The notes below the pieces were generated by a model, which saw nothing but the letters and a program-made list of their open reading frames with translations, was not told the DNA's origin and did no database searches. DNA of 64,000 bases from assembly GCA_028343155.1 (NCBI GenBank), contig JAOLXX010000008.1, positions 3,342 to 67,341 of the forward strand, given 5' to 3'. Shown piece after piece: positions 1 through 10,816 of this stretch (position 1 is its first letter; each line of letters begins with the position of its first letter). Origin of the DNA: Polaribacter sp. GTDB lineage: Bacteria; Bacteroidota; Bacteroidia; Flavobacteriales; Flavobacteriaceae. Position numbers and translations under genes: made by a program.

Positions 1-161
1 GGAAAATAAAAGAGGCTATTGAAAACCAAGAATAACCTTAAGGAACTCTCTTAAACGTATTTTAAAATCGCCTAGAAAAATCATTCTATGGCGTTTTTTT
101 GTTTTTAATCCTTTTTTTAGAGTTTTTCTTATTGCTCAAAGAGGGCGTGTCTTTAGGAAAC

Positions 162-593
162 TTATAGCCCAGTACTTCCAAAACCACCAGCACCACGTTC
201 CGTTTCACTTAAAATTTCAACTTCTTGCCAACTTACACGTTCGTGTTTTCCAATAATAAGTTGTGCAATTCTTTCTCCATCATTCACGACAAAATTATCA
301 TTGGACAAATTGACTAAGATCACGCCAATTTCTCCTCTATAATCCGCATCTACAGTTCCGGGAGAGTTTAAAACGGTAATCCCTTTTTTTGCGGCCAAAC
401 CACTTCTTGGCCTAACTTGTGCTTCAAAACCAACAGGGAGTGCAATAAATAAACCCGTTTTTATAATCGCTCTTTCAAGTGGTTTTAAGGTAACAGTTCC
501 TTCAATATTTGCTCTTAAATCCATTCCAGCAGCACCATTTGTTTCGTAATGAGGTGTAGTGTGTTTCGATTTATTTATGATTTGTATGTTCAT
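162..593 (-). CDS. dut: dUTP diphosphatase
   Basis: dUTPase motifs [32 protein letters not shown]. Confidence 0.97.
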   Translation of the reverse strand: MNIQIINKSKHTTPHYETNGAAGMDLRANIEGTVTLKPLERAIIKTGLFIALPVGFEAQVRPRSGLAAKKGITVLNSPGTVDADYRGEIGVILVNLSNDNFVVNDGERIAQLIIGKHERVSWQEVEILSETERGAGGFGSTGL

Positions 594-692
594 TTTTAAT
601 GAGATAAGATCCTAGACAAAGATAATAAAACCTCTAAGGATTCCTTATAAGTTAATAGTTTTATTATTTTTGAGGTCTAAAAGGAACAAATA

Positions 693-1688
693 ATGAGTGA
701 TCAGAAAAAAATAGCGGTCTTAGGAGGGGGAAGTTGGGCAACTGCTATTGTAAAAATGTTGACTGAAAACACTGATACAATTGGCTGGTACATGAGAAAT
801 GAACAAGCAATTGAACACATTAAAGAAAATGATCATAACCCAAAATACTTGCCTTCTGCACAACTAGACGCAAAAAAATTAGACCTAACCTCTGACATTA
901 ATTATACCGTTGAAAATTATGACGTGCTAATTTTTGTAATTCCTTCCGCTTTTTTAATGACTGAATTAAAAAAGTTAATCAGTTCATTAGAAGGTAAAAT
1001 TATTTTTTCGGCAATTAAAGGAATTGTACCAGAAACGGGTTTAATTATTGGCGAACACTTTAATCAAGAACACAACATTCCATTAGAAAATATTGGCGTA
1101 ATTACGGGACCTTGTCATGCAGAAGAGGTGGCCATGGAACGATTATCGTATTTAACAATTGCTTGTCAGGACGAAGAGAAAGCAGTGTTTATTGGAAATT
1201 CTTTAAAAAGTTGGTACATAAAAACGAAGGTTTCTGACGATATTATTGGCACTGAATATGCCGCGATGTTAAAGAATATTTATGCAGTTGCTGCAGGAAT
1301 CGCCCATGGGTTGGGGTATGGTGATAACTTTCAAGCTGTTTTAATGAGTAATGGAATTCGAGAAATGAAACGCTTTATTAAAAAGGTTCATAAAATGAAA
1401 CGGAACATAAACAATTCTGCTTATTTGGGAGATTTGTTAGTTACAGGATACTCTACTTTCAGTAGAAATAGAATGTTCGGAAACATGATTGGTAAAGGGT
1501 ATACTGTAAAATCTGCTCAACATGAAATGAGCATGATTGCAGAAGGGTATTATGCCACTAAAAGTGCCTTTAAAATGAAAGAAGTAAGCCAAGCAAAAAC
1601 ACCAATTATAGATGCTGTTTATAATGTTTTATATGGAAATAAAAACCCTAAAAAAGAATTTAAAAAGCTAACAGATAAGTTAGATTAA
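693..1688 (+). CDS. gpsA: NAD(P)H-dependent glycerol-3-phosphate dehydrogenase
   Basis: GGGSWATA Rossmann motif, GPCHAEEV, LKNIYA, GDLLVT..S..SRN. Confidence 0.95.
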   Translation: MSDQKKIAVLGGGSWATAIVKMLTENTDTIGWYMRNEQAIEHIKENDHNPKYLPSAQLDAKKLDLTSDINYTVENYDVLIFVIPSAFLMTELKKLISSLEGKIIFSAIKGIVPETGLIIGEHFNQEHNIPLENIGVITGPCHAEEVAMERLSYLTIACQDEEKAVFIGNSLKSWYIKTKVSDDIIGTEYAAMLKNIYAVAAGIAHGLGYGDNFQAVLMSNGIREMKRFIKKVHKMKRNINNSAYLGDLLVTGYSTFSRNRMFGNMIGKGYTVKSAQHEMSMIAEGYYATKSAFKMKEVSQAKTPIIDAVYNVLYGNKNPKKEFKKLTDKLD

Positions 1689-1731
1689 TTGTTTAATTTT
1701 GAACATTGTTAATGAGTACTAAACACTGGTC

Positions 1732-2391
1732 ATGAAAACAATACAGCAGGTTGTAGAAAGCACAATTAGAAAAACACCTTTTATTGAAGAAGCTTTAAAT
1801 GAAAAATTAATAAACGTTTCTTCTTTGGCAAGAATTATTTTACCAGAGGTTTCGGCAGTTTTAAAGAAAGGTGTCAAAGTTGGCGCTGTTATGATGGCAA
1901 TTAATAGGCTTTCTCCTGCAAGCGAATTGCGCATTCGAAAGAACATAAAAAAATTAGCTTTAAATTTAGGTGATGTTATTGTTCGCTCTGACCTGTGTGA
2001 TTTTACTTTTAAAAACACCCCTTCTTTATTAAGAGAAATTGCAAAAATTCTAACTAAATCTTCAGAAAATTCTGACTATTTTTTAACTGTTTCACAGGGT
2101 ATTTTTGAAACCAATATTGTTACAAGTAAAAACTTACAGCCTTTTGTCAAAGAAATTTTTGAGCAAGAAACGCTAACAAATAGCATGTTAGAATTGGCTT
2201 CTATCACTATAAAATTACCAAAAGAAAACTTAGAACATTCGGGTATTTATTATTTTATTTTAAAACAATTAGCTTGGGCAGACATTTCTTTGCAAGAAAT
2301 TATTTCTACAACAAATGAAATGACGATTGTCGTTAAAGAGGCAGACATAAACCAGACATTTGCTATTTTAATGGACATGAAATTACGCTAA
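1732..2391 (+). CDS. ACT-like domain protein (often labelled aspartate kinase-like; no kinase domain)
   Basis: C-terminal ACT-like segment GIYYFILKQLAWADISLQEIISTTNEMTIVV; only 219 aa. Confidence 0.6.
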   Translation: MKTIQQVVESTIRKTPFIEEALNEKLINVSSLARIILPEVSAVLKKGVKVGAVMMAINRLSPASELRIRKNIKKLALNLGDVIVRSDLCDFTFKNTPSLLREIAKILTKSSENSDYFLTVSQGIFETNIVTSKNLQPFVKEIFEQETLTNSMLELASITIKLPKENLEHSGIYYFILKQLAWADISLQEIISTTNEMTIVVKEADINQTFAILMDMKLR

Positions 2392-2394
2392 AAA

Positions 2395-3663
2395 ATGAAG
2401 AGACAAGATCCCTATGCGGCCCTGAGAATAAAAGAATTTAACTTCTTTTTGTTCGTTCGGTTTTTGCTTGTTTTTGGGTGGTCTATGCAATTTATTGTTA
2501 TAGAATGGCAAGTATATTCTATTACAAAAGACCCTTTATCTCTAGGAATAATTGGTTTAATGGAAATTATTCCAGCTTTTTCTATGGCCTTATTTGCCGG
2601 TCACATCGTAGATCAAAAAGAGAAAAGAAACTTATTGGCTGTTTGTACAACCGCATTTTCATTCATTAGTTTAGGGTTGTTTTTATTAACTTCAAACCGC
2701 TTTGTGGGCCATTGGTCTACAAATTCAATTTTATACTCAATTTACGGGCTAGTTTTTTTTGGAGGGTTTTTGCGGTCTTTTTTTGGACCAACAATTTTCT
2801 CTTTAGTCGCATTAATAGTGCCGAAAAAAATATACCACAATGCCGCAACTTGGAATACAAGTACTTGGAAAGCCGCGGCAGTTTCAGGTGCTTTATTTGG
2901 CGGTTTTTTTATAAGCTGGATTGGTGTTGATAAAACCTTATGTCTTGTATTTATTTTAGTAATACTGTCACTTATTGTTCTTTTTCAAATAAAAAAGAAG
3001 CCCATATTAAATAAAAAAATTGGTGAGCCTATAGGTAAAAGTTTAAAGGCAGGAATACAATTTGTTTTTAAAAACAAAGCAATTTTAGGGGCGTTAACCC
3101 TAGATATGATTGCCGTTTTGTTTGGTGGAACCGTTGCTATTTTGTCCGTTTTTGCTCAAGATGTTTTAAAGGTAGGTCCAGAAGGTTTTGGTGTTTTAAA
3201 CGCTTCTATTTCTATGGGGAGCATTCTTACTATGTTGATTACCACGTATATTCCAATTAATAAAAATACAGGTAAAAAAATGTTAATTTCGGTCTTTATT
3301 TTTGGACTAAGTATTATTGCTTTTGGCCTCTCATCTATTTTTTGGGTAAGTATTTTAGCCCTTTTCTTAAGTGGTGCTGCAGATGGAATATCGATGGTTA
3401 TTCGGCAAACGATTCTACAATTAAAAACACCCGATGAAATGCGAGGAAGGGTTTCTTCGGTAAATTCCATGTTTGTTGGTTCATCAAACGAACTCGGTGC
3501 TTTTGAAAGCGGTTTAGCAGCAAAAATAGTTGGACCTGTATTTGCTGTTGTTTTTGGAGGAACGATGACCTTAATTACTGTTATTGCAACAGGCGCTTTA
3601 AACCCAACCCTAAGAGAGTTGGATTTAACGAAAGAAATTGAAGCGAACGAAAAAGAAACGTAA
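2395..3663 (+). CDS. MFS transporter
   Basis: About 12 hydrophobic helices; GHIVDQKEKR motif A-like; TPDEMRGRV. Confidence 0.9.
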   Translation: MKRQDPYAALRIKEFNFFLFVRFLLVFGWSMQFIVIEWQVYSITKDPLSLGIIGLMEIIPAFSMALFAGHIVDQKEKRNLLAVCTTAFSFISLGLFLLTSNRFVGHWSTNSILYSIYGLVFFGGFLRSFFGPTIFSLVALIVPKKIYHNAATWNTSTWKAAAVSGALFGGFFISWIGVDKTLCLVFILVILSLIVLFQIKKKPILNKKIGEPIGKSLKAGIQFVFKNKAILGALTLDMIAVLFGGTVAILSVFAQDVLKVGPEGFGVLNASISMGSILTMLITTYIPINKNTGKKMLISVFIFGLSIIAFGLSSIFWVSILALFLSGAADGISMVIRQTILQLKTPDEMRGRVSSVNSMFVGSSNELGAFESGLAAKIVGPVFAVVFGGTMTLITVIATGALNPTLRELDLTKEIEANEKET

Positions 3664-3909
3664 CCCCGATACTTTTATGAATTTACTTTCAAATTTCCAA
3701 AGACTTAAAAAGGGCAAGAAAATTATAGAGATTTTCTTGTTACTCCCTTATTGATACTTTTTTCAATTTCAATTAGTATAAAAATAACGTATTTATTTCT
3801 AGTTATTATTATTAGCATAAGGACTTCACTAATATTGTTTTTTCAAAATAAAGAATCATAAAAAAAATGCTATAATTAATTATCTTTAACGAAAATAAAA
3901 ACCCTTTTT

Positions 3910-5385
3910 ATGGACTATGGTTTCTTATCGGTAATTCCACCAGTTATTGCCATCATTTTAGCTTTAAGAACAAAGCAAGTTTATATTGCACTACTTTTTG
4001 GAATATGGTTTTCTTGGTTAATTATTAAAGGATGGAATCCTTTAGATGGAACCATTGCCATGATTGAAGGAATGGTAAATGTTTTTAAATCCACAGGAAA
4101 TACAAGAACCATTATGTTTAGTGCTTTAGTTGGCGCTCTGCTAATTTTTATTCAATATTCAAAAGGAGTTGAAGGTTTTATCAATATCATTAATAAAAAA
4201 TTGGTAAAACTAGAAAACAAAGAATCAAGTTATAGCAGAGTAATGGTTCAAATTTTAGCAACAATTACAGGTTTGCTATTGTTTGTTGAAACCAGTATTA
4301 GTTCTTTAACTGTTGGAACTTTATACAGACCAATTTTTGATAAACTAAAAATACCAAGAGAAAAACTCGCATATATTGCAGACTCTAGTTCTGCACCATC
4401 ATCCATATTAATTCCCTTTAATGCTTGGGGCGCTTTTATTATGGGGCTTTTATTAACGCAAGGAATTGAAAAACCTTTTTCTTTAATGATAGATTCTATT
4501 GTATATAATTTCTATCCATGGTTGGCAATTGGAACTTTGTTATTCGTCATTATCTCAAAAAAGGATTTTGGTCCAATGAAAAAAGCAGAGCAAAGAACCA
4601 AAGAAACAGGCGAGTTAATGAATCCGAATTCGAAACCCATTATTTCTGACGAGATTACCTCATATCCTCCCAAAGAAGGAATCCAAGCCAAAGCCTATAA
4701 TATGGTTGTTCCGTTATTAGTTATGGTTCTAATGATGCCAATATATTTAATTTACACAGGTTGGAACGCTGTTAAAGAACCAAGTTCTTTTTGGAATCAT
4801 ATTTCACAAGCAATAGGTGAAGGTTCTGGTTCATCATCTGTATTATACGCTGTAATTACTGCAATTTTGGTTGCCATTACCATGTATTTTATTCAAGGAA
4901 TTTTAAAGCCAAAAGAAGCTGTAAACCTAACCTTAAAAGGAATTAGCGAATTAATGCCTTTAGCCTTATTAATGTTGTTGGCTTTTGCTATTGGTGATGC
5001 TTGTAAAGAACTAGAAACAGGAATCTATGTTGCCAATGTTACTAAAAGTTGGTTATCTCCAGAGTTATTACCGGCGGTTGTATTTATTATCAGTTCTTTT
5101 ATTGCATTTTCTACAGGAACATCTTGGGGAACTTTTGCTATTATGTTGGCAATTTCAATTCCGATGGCAAATATTCATGGTGCCGACTTAACAATTGTGG
5201 TTGCTGCAACTCTAGGAGGAGGAGTTTTTGGAGATCATTGTTCGCCCATTTCAGACACTTCTATAATATCTTCTATGGCTTCTGCTAGTGATCATATAGA
5301 TCATGTAAAAACACAATTGCCTTATGCGTTAATTGGAGGAGTTGTTACTACTATTTTGTATTTGTTGATTGGGTTTTTTGGGTGA
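3910..5385 (+). CDS. NhaC-family Na+/H+ antiporter-like membrane protein
   Basis: REKLAYIADS, FSTGTSWGTF, GGVFGDHCSPISDT, HIDHVKTQLPYA. Confidence 0.9.
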   Translation: MDYGFLSVIPPVIAIILALRTKQVYIALLFGIWFSWLIIKGWNPLDGTIAMIEGMVNVFKSTGNTRTIMFSALVGALLIFIQYSKGVEGFINIINKKLVKLENKESSYSRVMVQILATITGLLLFVETSISSLTVGTLYRPIFDKLKIPREKLAYIADSSSAPSSILIPFNAWGAFIMGLLLTQGIEKPFSLMIDSIVYNFYPWLAIGTLLFVIISKKDFGPMKKAEQRTKETGELMNPNSKPIISDEITSYPPKEGIQAKAYNMVVPLLVMVLMMPIYLIYTGWNAVKEPSSFWNHISQAIGEGSGSSSVLYAVITAILVAITMYFIQGILKPKEAVNLTLKGISELMPLALLMLLAFAIGDACKELETGIYVANVTKSWLSPELLPAVVFIISSFIAFSTGTSWGTFAIMLAISIPMANIHGADLTIVVAATLGGGVFGDHCSPISDTSIISSMASASDHIDHVKTQLPYALIGGVVTTILYLLIGFFG

Positions 5386-5499
5386 TGAGTTACAGCATAA
5401 AGTGTTTTTTTAAATAAAAGTTTTGTAAAGTATATCTTATATTCTTTCTGATTAAATAAAAGAAGACAGTTCTTTTTTCTTAGATAGCAAGAAATTCTA

Positions 5500-5620
5500 T
5501 TACTCTAATATTTCCAATTGTGTTATTATTTGTACTTCAGTTAAGGGATATTCCTTGCCCATTCTCATAGTTTGATACACATCATCAAAAAAACATTTAT
5601 ATAACTCGTTACCAGAAACT
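5500..5620 (-). pseudogene. 3' remnant of a second Gfo/Idh/MocA-like oxidoreductase
   Basis: Minus frame reads VSGNELYKCFFDDVYQTMRMGKEYPLTEVQIITQLEILE*, resembling YhhX/IolW C-termini; no start, stop just upstream. Confidence 0.4.
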
Positions 5621-5632
5621 ATTTAACAACCA

Positions 5633-6637
5633 TTATATTCCCTTTGTAATTTCATCTAGTACCCAACTCGTTCTAGTTCCAGAGACACCAGTACTAACAC
5701 AAGTCCCTTTTCCTTGAAGTTCATCTACAATGCCTTGAATCAATAGCTCTTGGATGTATTCAGGAACTTCAAATTCAAATTTTTGAACAGGTTCATTTTC
5801 TATTTCTAAAGTAACATGATGATCTCCCCAAAAAGGAAAAGATATTTGTCCTTTACTACCAATGATGGTTGTCATTTCATATTGTGAAGCTTTACTTGTA
5901 TTAAAAGCCCACAAGCCTTTACCTATAATTCCGTTTTTAAATTTGAAAACACCTAGAGTAATATCATCTGCTTTATAATTTTTGGACTGATTTTCAGAAA
6001 ACCCTTTTGCCTCAGTGATAGGCCCAAAAATGAAATCGAGTGCATCTAATTGATGTGAAGCTAAGTCGTAAAAATAACCACCACCAGCAACTTCAGGATC
6101 CACTCGCCAATTATTAGGAATGTGATGAGTACCTACAATATCATTTTCTATAGTCATTTGTACACTAATATCGATACTTCTAATATCTCCAATGGCACCA
6201 TTATCAATCAACTCCTTTACTTTAAGAATATTTGGCAGTGTTCTGCGATAAAAAGCCACATATAAAGGAACATTTGTCTTTTTACATGCTGCTATGATAG
6301 ACAGACATTCTTCATGCGATCGTGCCATGGGTTTTTCTACATAAACGGGTTTGCCAACAGCTGCTGCCTTTATGGTGTATTCAGCATGCGTGCTAGGTGG
6401 CGTTGCAATGTAAATTGCATTTATTTCCGGATCGTTTAGTAAATCATCTGCATTATCATACCATTTTTCAACACCATGTCGTTCGGCAAAATCCTTTGCT
6501 TTATCAGCATTTCTTCTCATTACAGCTTTTACGCTTGAGTTGGTAGTTTTTATTAGTGGCTGTGCACTTTTAGTTTCACAGACATCGCCTACGCCAATAA
6601 TTCCCCAGCAGACTTCTTTTAATATTTTATGCGACAT
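5633..6637 (-). CDS. Gfo/Idh/MocA family oxidoreductase
   Basis: WGIIGVG, YIATPPSTH, VYVEKPMA, GGGYFYDLASHQLD. Confidence 0.93.
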   Translation of the reverse strand: MSHKILKEVCWGIIGVGDVCETKSAQPLIKTTNSSVKAVMRRNADKAKDFAERHGVEKWYDNADDLLNDPEINAIYIATPPSTHAEYTIKAAAVGKPVYVEKPMARSHEECLSIIAACKKTNVPLYVAFYRRTLPNILKVKELIDNGAIGDIRSIDISVQMTIENDIVGTHHIPNNWRVDPEVAGGGYFYDLASHQLDALDFIFGPITEAKGFSENQSKNYKADDITLGVFKFKNGIIGKGLWAFNTSKASQYEMTTIIGSKGQISFPFWGDHHVTLEIENEPVQKFEFEVPEYIQELLIQGIVDELQGKGTCVSTGVSGTRTSWVLDEITKGI

Positions 6638-6661
6638 TTTTTGAAAGATTTTATACTCGGT

Positions 6662-7130
6662 TTATTTTTTACCAATGAAAGTGTCTAGTTTATTGTTTGT
6701 CATCTTCTGAATTTTATTTTTCATAAAAGGCGTCCATCCTAATAAATACCCAGTTGAACCAAGCGTTTGTTGTGTCTATTTCCATAGATTAAAAGAGTCT
6801 TTATGTTCAATAATTTTACCGTCTTTGAATTTAAAACTTGCTTGAACGTTATTGATTACTTTTCTCTTTTTTTCTCCATAATGATATGCTGCTGTCCAGT
6901 TTGCACTTCCGTTTTCAATATTTGCTTCAACATTATTGAAATTGATTTTAGCAGGTTCAGTTTTTCCTGATAACAACATTTGCCACATTTTAAAAGCTCG
7001 GTCCCCTTTTAAGGTTCCAAAAACAGGATCTTGAAACACAACGTTCTCATGATAACATTGCTGTCATTCCCTTTGCGTTTCCTTTAGTAAATGAAGTGTA
7101 AAATTTTTCTATTAATTCTGTGTTTGTCAT
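6662..7130 (-). pseudogene. NTF2/SnoaL-like protein, disrupted
   Basis: MTNTELIEKFYTSF..GM then a 1-nt frameshift near 7060 into CYHENVVFQDP; in-frame TAG at 6776-6778 (WK*TQQ, likely from TGG), frame continues LGWTPFMKNKIQ to TAA at 6662. Confidence 0.8.
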
Positions 7131-7287
7131 AGGATCTTTTTCTAATTGTGTCTAAGGTTTTGTGTACGAAAAGTTCTTGTTTAACGAAGTGAAGTTAGTT
7201 AATATAATTTAAACAGAAAACCTGTCTAGACTCCGTTACTTGCAACATTTATTACAAATTTAACATGAACCAAATTTTTTAATCGAA

Positions 7288-8865
7288 CTAATTATTTTGA
7301 AAATTAATTGTTTGAAGAGCCCTTGGTTCAATTTGTATTTTATGAGTGTTAGATTTTAGAGTAAGCTTTAGTTCAAGAGGTTCTGTAGTTTTATTAAAAA
7401 CAACTACTACAATAGATCCATCGGTGTTTTTTGCTGCTGTGTATACAAGACCTTCCAGTTCTTTACCAATCAACGCTATTCTATGTGCTCCGGGTCTTAT
7501 AAACTTACTAAAGTGGCTTAATAAATAATAGAGAGGTGTATAAATTACTTCGTCTGTAACGGGGTTAATTAGCACTGGTGCACTATTAAAGTTATCGTAT
7601 GGATTTGGTTGACCATTATTACTCAGAATTATACACCATTCGATGTATCCTTGCGTTCCGTGATTCAGGTCTTTGATTATGTCGTAAGCATACGTATCGA
7701 AAGGTACAAAAGTACCGGCATAATCAGTGCTTTCTCTCCAATATTGACCTATTGGATCTTTAGCATCAATATCAATGCTAGATTCGGTGTGAATCATTCC
7801 TTTATTCGGCCAGGTTGTTCTCAAAGTATCTAGTGCTTCTGCATGCCAATTATTTTCTTCAAGTTCAGAATTAGCATACCAATGAAAAGCTGTTCCCCAA
7901 GCGTATTTAGCTGCTTCTGGATCGTTGTAAGTAGCGGAAACATAATTGTTCATTGTAGCTTTATTATGATCATAAATCAGTACACGCAATCCAGCATCTA
8001 AATCATTAAGATTTAGGTGTCCATCTTTAACAAGTTGAGGTCCTAAGTAATCCTTTAAAAAGTTGCGACCTTGTTCTGGAGTAAAGCCATTGCTATCCCA
8101 ACGAGCATCATGTGCATGTAGTGGTTCATTCTGTGGAGTAATTCCCCAAAGATCTATTCCTTGTTCAGCATAAGCACTTACAAATTTTGAAAGATATTTT
8201 GCCCAAAGTCCGTAGTATTTCGGCTGTAAAGTACCGTTAGTCATTTTTGAAGTTTCTCCTGTTTTCATCCATGAAGGTGGACTCCAAGGTGAGGCAATTA
8301 TTTTAAAATCGGCACCTTTAATACTTTGAGCTTCTTGTATCATTGGTATGATGTCATAATCTGGTTTTACCAATTCAATACCTTTTACCTGATCATTTTC
8401 TTGACCAGTAAAACCTTTCATGTCTTCATTTATACTGAAGGTAGAAAGATTTGTATCACCAGATTTAATATAAGTGTAATGATTATTCGAATAATCGCTG
8501 CTATTGATGTGTGTACGAGTAAGCGAAAACCCAGCACCTTCGGTTGGACTAAAAAGACGTGTTAATACTTCTTTACGAAGTGTTTCTGGAATAGTTGCCA
8601 AGTTCCATGCGGAAGATTCTGTAAAAGAAGCTCCAAAACCAATATATTCTTGAAATTTTTGGTCAGGATTAATCAGCAAACTAACTTTTTTGTTTTCTGT
8701 TTGTGTCTTTTGGTTTTTTGATACTAATTTGAGGTTGTCTCCAGATTGTGAAGTTTGATATACATTAACGATATAATCATTATTTTTAGAAGAGCAGGAG
8801 CAAATTAAAATTAATATAGATAGAACATGTAAAAGAGTAATATTTGGTTTCGATAATCTAAACAT
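7288..8865 (-). CDS. Glycoside hydrolase family 30 lipoprotein
   Basis: Lipobox ILICSC; GFGASFTE, RTHINSSDYS, ASPWSPPSWMK, acid/base QNEP, nucleophile HTES, HFSKFIRPGA. Confidence 0.9.
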   Translation of the reverse strand: MFRLSKPNITLLHVLSILILICSCSSKNNDYIVNVYQTSQSGDNLKLVSKNQKTQTENKKVSLLINPDQKFQEYIGFGASFTESSAWNLATIPETLRKEVLTRLFSPTEGAGFSLTRTHINSSDYSNNHYTYIKSGDTNLSTFSINEDMKGFTGQENDQVKGIELVKPDYDIIPMIQEAQSIKGADFKIIASPWSPPSWMKTGETSKMTNGTLQPKYYGLWAKYLSKFVSAYAEQGIDLWGITPQNEPLHAHDARWDSNGFTPEQGRNFLKDYLGPQLVKDGHLNLNDLDAGLRVLIYDHNKATMNNYVSATYNDPEAAKYAWGTAFHWYANSELEENNWHAEALDTLRTTWPNKGMIHTESSIDIDAKDPIGQYWRESTDYAGTFVPFDTYAYDIIKDLNHGTQGYIEWCIILSNNGQPNPYDNFNSAPVLINPVTDEVIYTPLYYLLSHFSKFIRPGAHRIALIGKELEGLVYTAAKNTDGSIVVVVFNKTTEPLELKLTLKSNTHKIQIEPRALQTINFQNN

Positions 8866-9066
8866 TAATTGTTAATTTATAATTGTTAAAATCTTTCTAA
8901 TCTGCTTGATATAATTTTCAAGTTCAATTAAAACAGGAATGTTTCTATAAGTTTCGTTGATTTTAATTGGCTAAAACCCAAATATAAGCAATAGAAAACA
9001 ACAATACTGTTTTCTATTTTAAGCAAGCACTTTTATGGAAGATATTATTATAAATTAGACCGCATT

Positions 9067-9462
9067 CTAATCAGCCAAAATACCACGCTTCTTTAATTCA
9101 GGAATCATACGTAAAGCACCTTCTTTAATAGTATTTTCTTTAAAAAGAAATGTTTTTTCAAACAACGTATTTCCTTCAAAAAAAGTAACTTGAAAACGAT
9201 TGTTTAACTTGAATAATTCGGGTTGTATAAATTCTATTTTTGCAAAAGAATTTGCTGGAAGTAGATCTACTTTTTTACGTAATAAAGAAGTGGTTTTGGT
9301 TTCAGAAAAACCTTGAGAAACAATAACCACCATTTCTAAAGCAACGTTTTTATTATTGATAATATAAACATTCCAATCATTGGTGTTATAAATGTCGTTA
9401 AACTCATATACGACAGCCATTTCAACACCTGTTACATCTGGTATTTGTATGTCTTTTTTCAT
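9067..9462 (-). CDS. Conserved hypothetical protein (Bacteroidota)
   Basis: Clean 131-aa ORF co-directional with pheS. Confidence 0.75.
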   Translation of the reverse strand: MKKDIQIPDVTGVEMAVVYEFNDIYNTNDWNVYIINNKNVALEMVVIVSQGFSETKTTSLLRKKVDLLPANSFAKIEFIQPELFKLNNRFQVTFFEGNTLFEKTFLFKENTIKEGALRMIPELKKRGILAD

Positions 9463-9463
9463 A

Positions 9464-9601
9464 AACCCCTTTCCCCCAAAGGGGAGAAATTTTTTAATAT
9501 TTTTTTGAGTTATATTGGCAATCTATTTTTTAAAATAATTCTTTGCTAAACTTTTCATAAAGTAGCTAGTTCCTTCCCTTTGGGAGGGTTAGGATGGGCT
9601 C
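9464..9601. repeat. Paired palindromic intergenic element (REP/MITE-like)
   Basis: TTCCCCCAAAGGGGA at 9471 and TTCCCTTTGGGAGGGTTAGGATGGG at 9574 are GC-rich hairpins and inverted copies of each other. Confidence 0.55.
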
Positions 9602-9602
9602 A

Positions 9603-10622
9603 TTAGATCACACTCTTAAACTGCTCTAAGAAACGCTTGTCGTTTTCATAAAACATTCTAATATCTGGTATTTGATATAACAACATGGCAATTCGTTCTA
9701 TTCCCATTCCAAAAGCGTATCCAGAATATTTAGTTGGATCTATATTTGCGTTTTTCAACACATTAGGATCTACCATACCACAACCCATAATTTCTAACCA
9801 ACCTGTACCTTTTGTAATTCTATAATCGGTTTCAGTTTCTAATCCCCAATAAATATCTACCTCAGCACTTGGCTCTGTAAAAGGAAAATAAGAAGGTCTT
9901 AAACGGATTTTAGATTTTCCAAACATCTCTTTTGTAAAGTATAAAAGTGTTTGTTTTAAATCGGCAAAAGAAACATCGGTATCTATATATAAACCTTCTA
10001 CCTGATGAAAAATACAATGCGCTCTAGCAGAGATATCTTCATTTCTAAAAACCCTTCCTGGAGAAATTGTTCTTATTGGAGGTTGGTTCTCTTCCATATA
10101 ACGTACTTGTACAGAGGAAGTATGTGTTCTTAATAAAATATCTGGATCTTGCTCAATAAAGAAAGTATCTTGCATGTCTCTTGCAGGATGATATTCTGGC
10201 AAGTTTAATGCAGTAAAATTATGCCAATCATCTTCAATTTCTGGACCTTCAGAAACAGTAAAACCAATTCTATTAAAAACTTCAATAATTTGATTTTTAA
10301 CCAATGAAATTGGATGACGAGAGCCTAGGTTAATTGGCTCTGAAGGACGTGTTAAATCTCCATAAAAAGATTTCTGACTTGTAGCACCTTCTATAGAGTC
10401 GTTTAATTCTTGTACTTTTAATGAAGCAGAATTACGTAAGTTATTTAATGCCTGACCCAAATCTTTCTTTAAAGATGCATCAACATTCTTAAATTCGGCA
10501 AATAAATCTTTTAGCAAACCTTTGCTTCCTAAGTATTTTATTCTAAAAGTTTCAACTTCATCTTTGGTTGTAGCTTTAAAAGCCTTTACATCACCAATCA
10601 GTTCTTTTACTTTATCTAACAT
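9603..10622 (-). CDS. pheS: Phenylalanine-tRNA ligase alpha subunit
   Basis: [45 protein letters not shown]. Confidence 0.98.
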   Translation of the reverse strand: MLDKVKELIGDVKAFKATTKDEVETFRIKYLGSKGLLKDLFAEFKNVDASLKKDLGQALNNLRNSASLKVQELNDSIEGATSQKSFYGDLTRPSEPINLGSRHPISLVKNQIIEVFNRIGFTVSEGPEIEDDWHNFTALNLPEYHPARDMQDTFFIEQDPDILLRTHTSSVQVRYMEENQPPIRTISPGRVFRNEDISARAHCIFHQVEGLYIDTDVSFADLKQTLLYFTKEMFGKSKIRLRPSYFPFTEPSAEVDIYWGLETETDYRITKGTGWLEIMGCGMVDPNVLKNANIDPTKYSGYAFGMGIERIAMLLYQIPDIRMFYENDKRFLEQFKSVI

Positions 10623-10816
10623 TTTATGGATAATTAAGCTGCAAATTTAATCTTTTTTAAAGAGTTTTAGATTGTATTTATTAAGAAAACCAAAACAGTA
10701 ATCGAAATCGATTGAAATAGCTGTTTTTAAGATAATTGTTTTTACAATTTTAATTTTGTAACATTAAAAATCACTTATCTTTACTAAGTTAAGTTTTTAT
10801 TAATTTTATAAAAAGC

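Noticed and set aside
1-35. 3' end of an upstream plus-strand gene (KIKEAIENQE*)
   Set aside because: Too short to identify; only a possible terminator at about 64-100 supports it
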